DNA of 64,000 bases. It comes from Sphyrna mokarran (Eukaryota). Location of the stretch: the NCBI GenBank assembly GCA_024679065.1, contig JAGIQG010000023.1, forward strand, positions 41,230,001-41,294,000, read 5' to 3'. Below, one piece after another: positions 52,522 to 64,000 of the stretch. Position 1 is the first letter of the stretch. Each line of letters begins with the position of its first letter. The translations under genes were made by a program, and so were the position numbers. The notes beneath the pieces were generated by a model, which was not told where the DNA came from, did no database searches, and was given only the letters and a program-made list of their open reading frames with translations.

Positions 52522-55500
52522 TTTTCTCCTCCCTTGGGGTGGAAAGATGAACTTCTTAGACTTTTCCCCTCATTTTGTGTTCACAAGATGTGAGCAAAAC
52601 TCCTGTGGCTATCTGCTTGTTTGTTGTAAAAGCTGATATCCACCACACAGTATTTATTAGAGTTTTAAAATGTTTTTGTACAAATAAACAAGACTTTGTT
52701 GCATTTGTTCATTACCTGAATACTGAGAGTCTTTCCAGATTCTGTTCCTTTTTTAAAAAAAAATCCTTGCCTTTACTGATGTAATTATCCGATTGATTCT
52801 GTGTGCTAAACGTTGTAGATGGCATATATTTTATTGGCATGCACAAGTAACTATTTATTAACTACACACCTTTTAATTTACGTATTTAGAAATGAAAATT
52901 CTCTCTGTATAAGATGGTAACCTACCACACAATCATCAGGTTAGATAAACACAGTAGCTCTTGCCTTCCAGGTGCCTGTTCTCATTCAGTAACCTTTTTT
53001 TAAGCTACCAAGTGTTCAATTAAAATAAGATGCAAAATCTTCAAACGCTATCTGTTGCGTGCCAGAATTTGTTTCTTTAATTCTGGTGCAGTTAATACGT
53101 GCAGTGCAATAATAACTGCCATTAACCACGTTTTGAACTGTTGGAGGACCACTGTAGCATTTGTTCACGTCTTGAAAGTACAAGATTTGTTTATTTTTGC
53201 AAGACAGTTGTAAATAGAATCTTACGTGTAGCTTTGTACATTTTTATTTGATTTCACGGTCAGAAAGAAGTCCAGGATATAACCTGCAAGCCTACCAATT
53301 AATGCCACGATCTGTGGAATGGCTGCAGCATTTTTATCTTTTGTCGCTGTCATGCTGCATCAATAAGTTGAATTTTCAATTGATTTATTTGTGTAGACCT
53401 ATTTTCATAAATTTAAAGTATGGGGATTTCAAGGTAATTGAGGAGTATATATTTTTCCTGATGTGTCAATATGTTAGTCTGGTTCCTTCTGCACTGTTAG
53501 TTTTATCAGTGGGTGCCTATCAAATCAAGTACATCTTGCAACAGAATCTTGGGCTTTTTTTAAGAAAGGACTGATTGGATCTTGCCACTCCTCAACAGGA
53601 GTGAAAAGGTCATGCAATTTATCACCAAATAGCTGAAACAAACATCTTCAAGCTCAACTGTGAATATTAAGAGAAAGTGGTGAGCCATTTGGTGCAATGG
53701 GTTTTTTGTATCCTCTCCCCTTTGGGATCTAGGCTTGAATTCAACAAAGACTGCTGACACTTTTTTCCCTGCAGGCTGAAGCATTGTGACATAAAATTGG
53801 CCAGTCACAATTCTGTTCTTAATGGTATAGGCTCAGAACAAAATTGTTGATACTAACTGTTATCTTATGCATGCAATAAGGATGATTGGTATCAGAAATA
53901 GAGCAAGTAATGCCAATAGCACAACAGGATGTAACATTCACTGGTTACATTGTGCCTTTTTTTGTTAGGTGATTGAACAGGATGTGATTGTAACATAAAT
54001 AGATGCGTCATGAATTTGATTCTGGCGTTTGCTGGCTGGACAGGAAATTTGAAAGTTATATTAAACTATCAACAGCAAGCGGAACTTTCATGGGGCTCAC
54101 GTTATGCTTCAGTCCTGGTTCAGAAAGTGATGCATCAACTGTGTGCTTAAACTTTTATGTAAAAGGAACAGATTTTTATCCGGAGTGAGAATAATGGGCC
54201 GTTGCAGAGAGTTGTGCTCTGCATGTAATCTGCGCTCCCTGACTTTGGGAGTGTATGCCGCTAATGCCAAGAACCAAAGATGGAAGTGTGCACAGCCAGC
54301 AATTAAATCGCCATCTCTCACCTTGATCAATTTGTTCATACAATTTCAAAATAAAAGATGAAAGTGGTGCATTTGGAAGTGGTGTTCTCCAGTTTTGTAA
54401 AATTGAAGTCAGAAGTAGATGGAAATAAAACTATTCCATGCTGATCATTCTCTTAAGTGTACAAGCATAGAATGCTTAAATGCTTGACTAATTGATTTGA
54501 TGCCATCTACGTATGACTTTTGTCAGCTTTTTATCTTGTTACTTGAAGCTTTGATACAGGATAGACATATACCCAGTTAATTAAAACATACAGGTTAGTA
54601 GAGGATTGTATAATGGGAGTACTTTGATTTCCATACTGTTTAAATATGTAAAACCTCAGCCTTTAAACAATATAGATTTGGACTTATTGCACCTTCGTGT
54701 CTTCAGTCTAAACAAATTGATAATTTGAATAATCCATGAGAATTTGCAAAAATACTGCAGAAGAAGCAGTTATATTGATGTAATCAAATGTTTGAGTTCC
54801 ATACTAATGTAAAACAGTATAAGACTGCTCTTGTACAGCACAATCTTTTGCGCAGCTGGTGTGGATATGGAGTTTTCCCTTTACAATTTTTGCTGACTAA
54901 CTTTCGTCTACATCAAAAATGATAACAATGAATAGTGGAGAAAAAAATGAATGGCTAGAATATGTATGCTTGATTGATCATCACATTTCCTTTGAGTATA
55001 TGATACCTTACAGTAAATGTTAACTTCTAACAAGATGTGTATCCACATTTTAAGCATATAGCTGGGCACTGTTGCCTTTCTGGTCAATTAAGCTCTGTGT
55101 GAGTACCAGCTGCTTCTGTTATCCCCCACATAGCACAAACTTGAAAGTCTAATTGAATTTCTAATTCACCAATTTTTGGAAAGCACCCCTTCTAAGTTGA
55201 TTAATCATCCTGTTTGTTTTTACAATTTTCTCTCAACCAGCCTTCTGTACAATTTGGAACACATTTTAAAAGAAGTACATAATCCATAATAAGCTTTCAG
55301 TCAGAGGTAGATAGTTGTTCAAGGTAACATATACAAATATGGTTTCTAATAACCAAGTATTATGCATTAAGATGTAGAATACAGAAATTCATGTGGGATC
55401 TGTTTAATCTAGGATTTACAGTTTCCATGTTCCTCAGTGATACTAGCTTTAACTTGATAATCAATTCACTAATCAAATTTAGGTCATACTGTTGATGTCT

Positions 55501-56500
55501 TGACTCACATCTAACATGTACTGCAATTCCTTTAACTCTGACTTGAAAGGGCTGATGCTGTTACTGTATCCAGTTTGAAAGAGGGAGAAAGCAATTGATC
55601 TAATATTCTATTTAAAAGTGAATTGCTGTTTGACGTTATGAAGCTATGAACAACTCATTTTTAAGTTGTACATTTTTCTGAATCTTTTATTTCATAATGA
55701 ATTTATGCTGTACTTTGACTTAACCAGCTTTAAATTGAAAGCTAAAATGGTAATATGAAGTCCCATTATGGTTATTACTGATGCAGGATTGAAATTGAAG
55801 AAAGTCCTAGCCTCGATTGTGCAGCAGCTATTACTTTCAGTTTTGAAAAGCTGCTTGTGTATGCCATAAAAATATACAGCCTCATTAGCTACTGATCATA
55901 CTCTTTAAAGTCGACCGTCCTATGGATGAATTTTAATCGACTTTCTGTCTTTTTTATGATTGCCAGTTATAACTGTTGCATCCGCTGTGTTTTTTGCTAT
56001 TTTGTAACTTAAAAGTTTACAGTATTTTTGTCAATGAGTTATTTAAAAGCCTGTCAACAGTTTGTAAATATTACCTGTTTTAAAATATCGGAATGTTGTG
56101 TTGTAGACTATGGAAGTTGTTGCATTAGAAACAGACAAAATGCTTTAATTGGAAACTTTCTCCTTAGTCATTTCTATTAAATTGTACAGCTGGCAAGGGG
56201 CATATAGTGATGGAGTGTTTTTCTTGTGCCAAAAATGCAGGTGTGACTTATAGTGCAGCCACAAAGCACAGTCGTAGCTCTCAAATAAAAGTCAAGGTAC
56301 CGTTTCTGCTGAAATAGATGATTTCCCTGTTTGTTTTGTTAATAAGAAACATGCCAGTTTTGTTTAGCCTAGCTGACATATTTCAGTTAAACAGATCAAT
56401 TAGATGTAGGAAATTGAGATTCTGTATTTTAATGCCATCAAAACACCCAAATTTTGCAATGTAGCTGGAGACTATTAATCTTGCACTTTAACCTTGAGCC
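52522..56500 (+). other. Probable long TRIM33 3' UTR (end uncertain)
   Basis: AU-rich, no recognisable transposon fragments for about 4 kb, unlike the introns; AATAAA at 52683, 54350, 54424, 56284 and ATTAAA at 56176. Confidence 0.6.
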
Positions 56501-57190
56501 ACGCAAGTATAATGTTTGGTTATGGCTGCCTTATTTGACTTATTGGAGGAAAAAGTTACAGGAAAACTTCATTAATTGAAATGGCAAAGGGAGAAGATTT
56601 ATGGGTTTTACAGCATCAGAATGCGACTGTTTCAATTCCTTTTCAGCAAAAGGAGAGAGGTACAATTCATATCCATATTTAACTGTGCTGTAGACTTTTG
56701 TAAAGCAACGGCTTGTATATGAATTCACAATGGTTGTTGGCTTTTTTTTGGTTCTGGGTTAAATTCTTTTTTATTCACTTTTGCATTAACTTTGTGTGTG
56801 GAAGGAATCAGTCCACTGGGAAGTGATCTGGTAATATGTATTGATTTTATGATGTGCTAGGTAGAAATATCATGAGTTACTCTGAAAGGTATTAGTCCCC
56901 CCAAATAGATGATAGTGGATCTGAGCACTTAACAGTACTAGGTCAGGAGACATCTTATTTTCCCACATTCTTCTTAAGTTGTTTGTTCTGAGGCAGCACT
57001 TCAGCATTGTTTTTCTCTTCAAAACTCTGTTGTACCTTGTCAAAATATTCAGTCATTGTTTTCCTTGTTAAATTTTAAAATTTCCTCATTTAATCTGTGT
57101 GAAAGGGAGACTGTATTGTCACGGTCCTTGACGACTCTGAGAGCAGTTCAGCCTGTCCTGATCCCCTGCCTTTCCCCCTTAACTGTGCAA

Positions 57191-57386
57191 CTGACTCAAG
57201 AACAGCTTCTTCCCTGCTGCCATCAGACTTTTGAATGGACGTATCTCATTATCTTTCTCTGCATCATAGCTACAACTGTAACATTACATTCTGCACGCTC
57301 CTCCTTTATGTACAGTAGGCTATGTATAGCGCACAAGAAACAATACTTTTCACTGTATATTAATACATGTGACAATAAATCAAATC
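57191..57386 (+). mobile_element. Rex1/Babar-like LINE 3' end
   Basis: Reads LKNSFFPAAIRLLN; ends aataaatcaaatc. Confidence 0.7.
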
Positions 57387-57399
57387 TTCTCTTCAGATA

Positions 57400-58750
57400 A
57401 TGATCTAATTCTCATTTTGAATGTCAAGATTGAATCTCTAAGTTCCTCCACCACACTTTCAGCCACTGCGTTCTCAATCCTAACCTCTCACTTTTAAATG
57501 AAAGGTTTTTCTTTGTGTCATCCTTTGTTCTTTTGCCAATCACTAGTCCGTGTCATTTGATTCTTGACACATGCAGTGTGAACAGTTTCACCCTGTGCAC
57601 AATCTTCTCCGTGCTCTTCAATGCCTTTGCATCCTTCCTGATTTGAGAGACTCAGAAATGATCACTACTCCAGTATAGTCCAAACCAATGTTTCATAAAG
57701 GTTCACCATAACTTTTTTGTTTTTGTACTCTCTGCCTGTCAATATTCTGTATACTTTCCACTTTCTCAACCTGTTATGTCACCTCCAATGATTTGTTCAC
57801 ATACCCCCTCTACTTTTCCATCCCCTTTAGAATTATATTCTTTATATTGTCTTCCATCATTCTTCTGACTAAAATGTATTACTTCAAACATCTCAAAATG
57901 AAAATTGCATTTGTCATGTAACCATCCATTTCACCAGGGTGTGTCTGCTCCTAAAGTGTATCACTCTGCTCCTCTCAGTTCACTAGATATCTACACTTTA
58001 ACCTAGTTTTGTGAGACATCTTAAAGTCCAGCAGGTTTATTTGAAATCACAAATTTTCAGAGTGCTGAGTGAGTTTCAGGTGAGTCTGATGAAGGAGCAG
58101 CACTCTGAAAGCTCGTGATTCCAAATAAACCTGCTAGACTTCAATCTGATGTTGAGACTATTTACTGTACCATCCCAGTCCAAGGCTGGCACCTCCACGT
58201 CATATCTACATTTTGTCATTGAAAGTTTTGCAGTTATGGCTTGTGCACCCAAGTTAGGCTATTAATATAGACCAAGATTGACACTGGTTCTAGTACTGAT
58301 CCCTGAGTAATCCTACTATGTTTTTCAGACTGGAGAAAAGTATAATCATTCACCACTACTTTTATTTACTCTATGTAGGTACTGTCCCTTTTCCATGGGC
58401 TTTAACTTGGTTGACAACCATACTATCCTAATCAATACTCTTACGTTGTTGAAAAATGCCAATCAAATTAGTTAAACATGAATTGGCCTAAAGAAATCTG
58501 TGCATGCTGTCCTTGACTCATTCACATTTGACTAATGACTTAATTTTGTCCTGAATTATTATTTCTAAAAGTCTTTTCACCACCAATTACCAACTGACCG
58601 GCTGATGATTTCTAAGCTTATTCTTGCACCTCTTTTGAACAAAGATATAATATTTGCAATTCTCCAGTCCTTCCCCATTACAGGAGGATTGGAAGATTAT
58701 GGCCATTTTTTCCAATTTCTACCCTTTCCTCAGTATCATCTGATGCAAAC
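57400..58750 (-). mobile_element. CR1-type LINE fragment hosting a Penelope-like hairpin
   Basis: Reverse degenerate RT. Confidence 0.7.
58000..58201 (+). mobile_element. Partly inverted Penelope-like insertion with hammerhead core
   Basis: CTGATGA-A-GGAG-cagca-CTCT-GAAA-GCTC at 58086-58114; arms agcaggtttatttg / caaataaacctgct; TSD atatctacaYttt at 57987 and 58202. Confidence 0.75.
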
Positions 58751-58924
58751 CTGGTGACGTATCAACTTACTTTTATATTTAGTTTTGTAGTGTGTCAATT
58801 TATTCCTCCTTAATTATGAATTTGACCACATCTTCACAACTTTTGATGCCTTATTCAAACCAGTTTTCAACCTATTAACCACACTGTCACAAAAACTGCC
58901 AATTTAAGGTGCAAATGTTAGAAG

Positions 58925-59170
58925 TAATTCTGTTAACTCTGAGTCAAATGATTGTGGGTTCAAGTCCCAAGACTTGAACACGTAATTTAGTCTGGATATT
59001 TCAAAGTCACATGGAAGGACTATTGGCCATGCCAGCTTGCTGATGATGAATCAGAGCTTTGTCCCCTCATTAGGTGGATAGGAAAGATTTATGGTACTAT
59101 TTAAAAAGCAAAATTGTGCAACGTTGTCCCAGTAACACCTGGTCTACAATTTATTTGGCCAACACCACAG
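58925..59170 (+). mobile_element. DeuSINE-like element, degenerate
   Basis: ctctgagtca...gtgggttcaagtccc B-box-like head. Confidence 0.6.
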
Positions 59171-59439
59171 GTTTTCTCTAACTCTGTTTTTTTGTGCATT
59201 TTTCCCACCATTGTGCTTCCTTTCATATCCTCCCTTATCACATTGACCATCAGTCTGTCCTTAATGTTCCTCCTCTCTCGGAGTTTACTTTTTATGACTC
59301 TACCATAGAGCAGTTTTCTAATTTAAAGATGCTGCATAAAATCAAGTTGTTTAAAATAAAGTGCTTTTTATTGAATAAGATTTCTTCAATACTCTGTCTA
59401 ATTTACCCCAGATTCCAATTTTTCCCTACAAAATCCTAC

Positions 59440-60110
59440 AAATTAGCCTGAAAAGATTGCCTTTTGAAAGTCTCCAGTTTCTGTCAATTATTATACATCT
59501 ATGACCTAATTATCAAACCACTTCCCAATTTTGTCAACAGCTCTCTTTCTAATATCTTTATTACCTTTACTGCTCTAGAGCAAACATTTCCACCATCTCC
59601 AATAACTGAAGTGTCTCAACACTGGCTTTTATGACAAACCTCTGGACCACCTCCAAGGCTTTGTCACCCTCCCTGAAGTAGGATGCCTAAATGTGCACCC
59701 AACACTCTGGCTGAGGCCTAACCAGTGAGTTGTAAATATTAAGCAAGATTTTTTCATTCAGTGCATCTATTTGCAAAAAACATGCATCCCATTCACTTAA
59801 CTGCCTCATGAATTTGCCCTACCATCTTCAAAGATTTGTGCATATGCAGCCCATGTCCTCTGCTCTTGAATTTCTCCCCCCAAACCCCCATGAAACAAAC
59901 GCAAAATTTAAAGGTTTTTCTACAACTGCCATATTTTTATTACAAGGTGCATCACTTCACACATACCCACGTTTCTTGACCATTTCCCCAATCGCCCTGA
60001 AGTTGCTACTAAGTTCCTTGATATTTATCATGTTTCTAACTATCATATCATCTGTAAATTTCCAAATTGTATTCCTAACCCAAAGTCTGGGCCATATTAA
60101 TTAAGGAAAG
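59440..60110 (-). mobile_element. Old CR1-type LINE fragment
   Basis: Reverse degenerate RT. Confidence 0.55.
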
Positions 60111-60569
60111 CCATTGCCTACTACAAATGTCCCTCAGTGATATGTGGCCCTGGATAGGGCTATTCCTAACCAGACCTCCCCTTCAATGGTGTGAATGAGC
60201 CACCAGTGGTGGGTGCAAGGTTGGTATTAGTTAAACCCAAATTCTTAGCTTGACCCGATTTTCTCTCCTTCCCTTGTGACCCTTGGAATTGGGGTCAAGT
60301 CTGTCTTCCTCTAGCTCTGTTTAAAGGCCAAAAAGGTTTAATTAGTTAGCTCTGTTGCTTGGCACTTAATGCTAATTAATTTATAAATTAGTCTTTTAAA
60401 AGATCAATGGCTTATTTTTGCTTAGCAAGTTTTGTTTTGCTTTTTATAAAAGGAATGTTTAATATAGTGCTAAGCTGGATCTCAGATAGCTGTCATGAGT
60501 TTCTTGCTGAAGGTGAGTGAGACTCGCAAGAAATCTGCTTTTTGGTGGATGGGGTTACTTTTGGTCCAG

Positions 60570-60750
60570 GAGGAGAGGAAGTGTTGGAAATGCTCAGCGC
60601 GTTTGTTAGGATGTATGCAGAGAGAAACAGAGTTCAGTAAATGTAGTGGAGCTGAAATTCTGACTTTCTGGATGCTACCTGGTCTGCTGAATATTTCCAA
60701 AAATTTCTGTTTGTATATCAATTTCCAGTATCTGCAGTACTTTATTCTCC
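60570..60750. mobile_element. Old palindromic Penelope-like fragment
   Basis: ggaaatgctcagc...gctgaatatttcc...ttccagtatctgcagt, similar to 30341-30561. Confidence 0.5.
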
Positions 60751-61589
60751 TATTACGCACTCCATGCTGAGCATTTGTAAGTGTGATGGGTTTAAAATGT
60801 GAAAATATTTATCATAGTTCAGAATGATTTTGCTTCTGATAAATTCACTTTGTGGATTGAAATGGTACATTGTTACAGGGAGTTAGTTGGTGTTAATTTA
60901 CTGGAAGGTTTTACTATTTTTTAATTAAGAATGAAGCCAGGAGTTATACAACAATAGAATATGTCACTGTTGGGTCCAGATATTCTCATGTACACAAGAT
61001 TATTGTTCGCACGCTTGTGCGGTCCAGGTCATTGTGTGTTGCTATCCGGATATTGCCAGCTTTCAAAAAAGTGATGCTGGTTGCATAATATGAATGACCA
61101 AGTTGTGTGTAATTGTCTGACAACAGGGCTTCTGATGGGTTTTGTAAATAGAGGTGTAGAGTACAAAAAGTAATAAGTTTTGTTAAACCTATATAACACC
61201 ACTGACTATGGTCCCCAACTCTTGAGTATTTTGCATGTGTCCAGATCCAAGTTCTACTTTCACTTTTGTACCCTATGCTTTAATTACCCATTAAGCCTAT
61301 TCTCTCTTTGGTGATTTGGTTGTGTTTAGTCTGCCAAGTTCCAATGACATTTAATAGTAAGGATTGTTGCAAGTTAACCAATCCTGAAAAATCACAGCAG
61401 GCAATTTATAAATGCCAGCCCAACCATTGTTGATTTTCAGTAAAAGCATAATCAGAATGCAAGATTCAACTCTGAAATTAGGGAATTTTCTAATCTTGTT
61501 AAGCGGGAATTAAAGACTGTGTGTGGGTGTGGTAGAGGTCCCAAAAATATTCTGTTTCAGACACAAATAGGAGCTCACATATTGAGTGG

Positions 61590-62219
61590 TGTTGTGAAGT
61601 TGTATGAATAAAGTAGTGGCATGAAGGGAAAATTGGTCAAGTATTTGGTACAAAATAAGGAAAATTGACTAAGCAATTCCAAAATGCCAGATCTCTAAGA
61701 CTTGATAAGACTGACTCTGCATACTTAAAACATGAATAAGACCAGAGAAGTTTAAACTCTGCCTAACCTCTAAAACCTGAATGCTAACTTCACATGTATG
61801 AGTTAGACAAGATAAGGTATGAGATGACAAAGTCATCGGCCTTCTTTTGTTGTATCAAAAGGACAAGATAAAGGTATGAATGATGAGACAAAAGAATTTT
61901 AGGAGATCAGCAAAGAGTTTTAGGAGGTCAGCCAGTTGTATCATTATTTATGATTTTGCTTATGATGCTACTATTCATCAAATTCCTGAATAAGCACTGG
62001 TCACGCGAACTGATAATTATGTATAAATACTGAACTGATTCTTTAGGTAAGCGTAGACTTGAGAAGAAATTAGCAAGTCGTAACGACTGCTCTCAAAACT
62101 CAAGTTACTGCCAATACTGCATGCAGTCTTTTGTAAATAAAGACTAGTTATTTTGTCGGAATTGCTTTTGTTGAGTCTTGCTATCGCAGTCAAGAAGCAG
62201 GAAAATTTCCACTTCAACA
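61590..62219 (+). mobile_element. 5' LTR of an endogenous retrovirus
   Basis: TGTTGtgAAGT...ACTTCAACA near-inverted ends, internal direct repeats, TATA-like tataaata near 62023, AATAAA at 62136, followed by PBS-like TGGCACTGCGAAACAG at 62222. Confidence 0.75.
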
Positions 62220-62588
62220 TTTGGCACTGCGAAACAGAAACCAAAACCCTGGGCGAATTCTTTGAGGGACTGAAGTAATCGAGCCACAACCTGGAGGGAA
62301 GAGACAGATGCTGGCACAAGGTAAGATTCATTTTGGTCTCTCTCTCTCTCTCTCCTCCCCCCCCCGGATTGGTGCTACAACCCCTCGTCCCTGATGGAGG
62401 ACATTAATGTGGTGGTATTCGAATCTAAATTGGACTGAGAGTAGAGTGTTTAGGATCAGGGACCCCTTGGTTTAGATCTGGATCAGGGTTACACAGGCTT
62501 AGTTTGGGTCAGGGACCCTGTGATTTGATTTTGGTACCAGGAATTCTTTTTATTAATGTTCTTGCCAGGGGCACTGTATACTGATGTT

Positions 62589-63360
62589 ATGGGACAGATT
62601 TCAGACAAAATGAGGCAATTCTTTGCTTTTTGTGTGTTCTGACTATCCTGATCAGGAATTTACGTTGATTATCTCCTGCACTAAATAGTAAATTGGGTAA
62701 AGATATTTGGTTGTTAGGAGGCACATGGAACCAGGAAAATTGCACTGCAGCAGTAAAGCTATTTGGACGAAAATTCTCCCCATGCTTTCGTGGGTTTTCT
62801 CCGGGAGCTCCGGTTTCCTCCCACATCCTAAAAATGTGCTCTTAGGCTAATTGGCAAAACAAATTCTCCATAAATTGTCTCAAATTTGGTTTTTAATCCA
62901 TAGATCTATAAACATGGACAGGGATCGCGTGTAGAAGTGGGAATATCGAGGTGGCGGCACAGGCTCGTTGGGCTGAAGGGCCTGTTTCCCATGCTGTTCT
63001 TTGAAAAATGTAGGTTCCAAGTGGAAAATTTTAATTTCAAAATGGAAAAAGAGTTGACTAAGTGCCGCAAACAATTGCTATTAATGAGTTGGCGGGGTAA
63101 CGCCTGTAAAAGAGGAATTGATGAATGTGTGGGTGGGAAATCAAAGGATTGGGAAATTTAAAATTGGAATGTGAACTTTGGGGTAGGAAGCATCATGAAA
63201 TGAAACAACAGGGTGAGGATAAGAACCCATCGGGTGACTGACAGGTTTGGCTCGCCCATCAGATTAAACAACAGGAGGATCCTCCCAGTTGCCGTGGCAT
63301 GCCGCTGTTTTCTCTATTCAGGCAATTTGGAGGAAGAGGAGGAGTTGACCCCTAAACCCT
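62589..63360 (+). pseudogene. gag: ERV gag N-terminal remnant, interrupted by a LINE tail
   Basis: ATG giving MGQISDK (myristoylation-type start); WLLGGTW resembles the matrix WPxxGT motif; stops and frameshifts present. Confidence 0.55.
62774..63002 (+). mobile_element. Heavily truncated V-domain LINE tail (copy C) inserted in gag
   Basis: Closely matches 6511-6751; gaaaa repeated at 62769-62773 and 63003-63007. Confidence 0.85.
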
Positions 63361-63363
63361 CCC

Positions 63364-64000
63364 TTTCCTTGTCAATTGGCTGTTATTGAATGTGTTGCAC
63401 ATGCGAAGAGGAACACTCCTGTGCAATTAGGGAATGCCCTTGCTGATTCAGCTGCCAAGGCAGCAGCTGTATTGGCCTGTATTCAGCTGTGATCGTTCTC
63501 ACTGCAGGCAATCAGGTTCTAAATCGGGTACCTGCATTAGGGATGAAGGGCATGCCAGAGATAACTGAGGCTCAACATTTACAGAGGGACGCCTCTGATT
63601 CTGACCGCACAGTATGGAAGTCAATGGAGTGTTAGTACTCCTTGGCATATGACCTCTGGCTTACTGCAGTTGTCAAGTTTGTATTCCGGATTCATTATTG
63701 CCGGTACTTAGTGATTATTTGCATTCTTGTACTCATCTTGGCAAGGAGGTAATGGTACAGCTACTTCTAAAAACTTGGCATCTACATTTGAATACAGCAG
63801 CCCAAATGTGGCTGGATCGATGCCTTATTTGCATGTGAAATAATAATAAGGGTAAAGGATCAAATGCCCTCCTGGAATCACTCCCTTGCCAGATGGCCCT
63901 TTTGCCTGTATAGAACTTGATTTTATTGAATTACCAAAAGTACATTGCTGTAGATATTGCTTAGTAATAATTGATGTGTTTAGTAAATGAATTGAAGCCT
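63364..64000 (+). pseudogene. pol: ERV pol remnant: RNase H C-terminus and integrase N-terminus (runs off window)
   Basis: PCQLAVIECVAH...LGNALADSAAKAAA (RNase H); LHSCTHLG...RCLIC (HHCC); GPFACIELDFIELPK...YCLVIIDVFSK*IEA (integrase core); stops and frameshifts. Confidence 0.9.

Noticed and set aside
1-64000. CRISPR arrays, operons or other prokaryotic systems
   Set aside because: The sequence is a spliced vertebrate gene locus with no regularly spaced repeat-spacer array

Overview
AT-rich vertebrate genomic DNA, very probably from a cartilaginous fish (shark), judged from HE1-like V-SINEs, DeuSINE-like SINEs and dense CR1 LINE debris. The window holds the 3' part of TRIM33 (TIF1-gamma) on the + strand: 15 coding exons from 9784 to the TGA ending at 52521, all GT-AG and phase-compatible. 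They encode the coiled coil, Q/P-rich linker, PHD finger, bromodomain and C-terminal RRKRLK motif, and are followed by a repeat-poor 3' UTR-like stretch of about 4 kb. The RING and B-box exons are not in the window. Nearly all other ORFs in the track are spurious or transposon-derived. Three things stand out. (1) A CR1-type LINE family carries a V-SINE central domain in its 3' UTR (three copies; the two longer ones also share a splice-acceptor-like motif). (2) Several hairpin-shaped Penelope-like insertions have 11-14 bp target-site duplications and minimal hammerhead-ribozyme remnants. (3) An internally deleted class I (gamma/epsilon-like) endogenous retrovirus lies at the right end. Repeat family names are from motif recognition, not database searches, and their boundaries are approximate.
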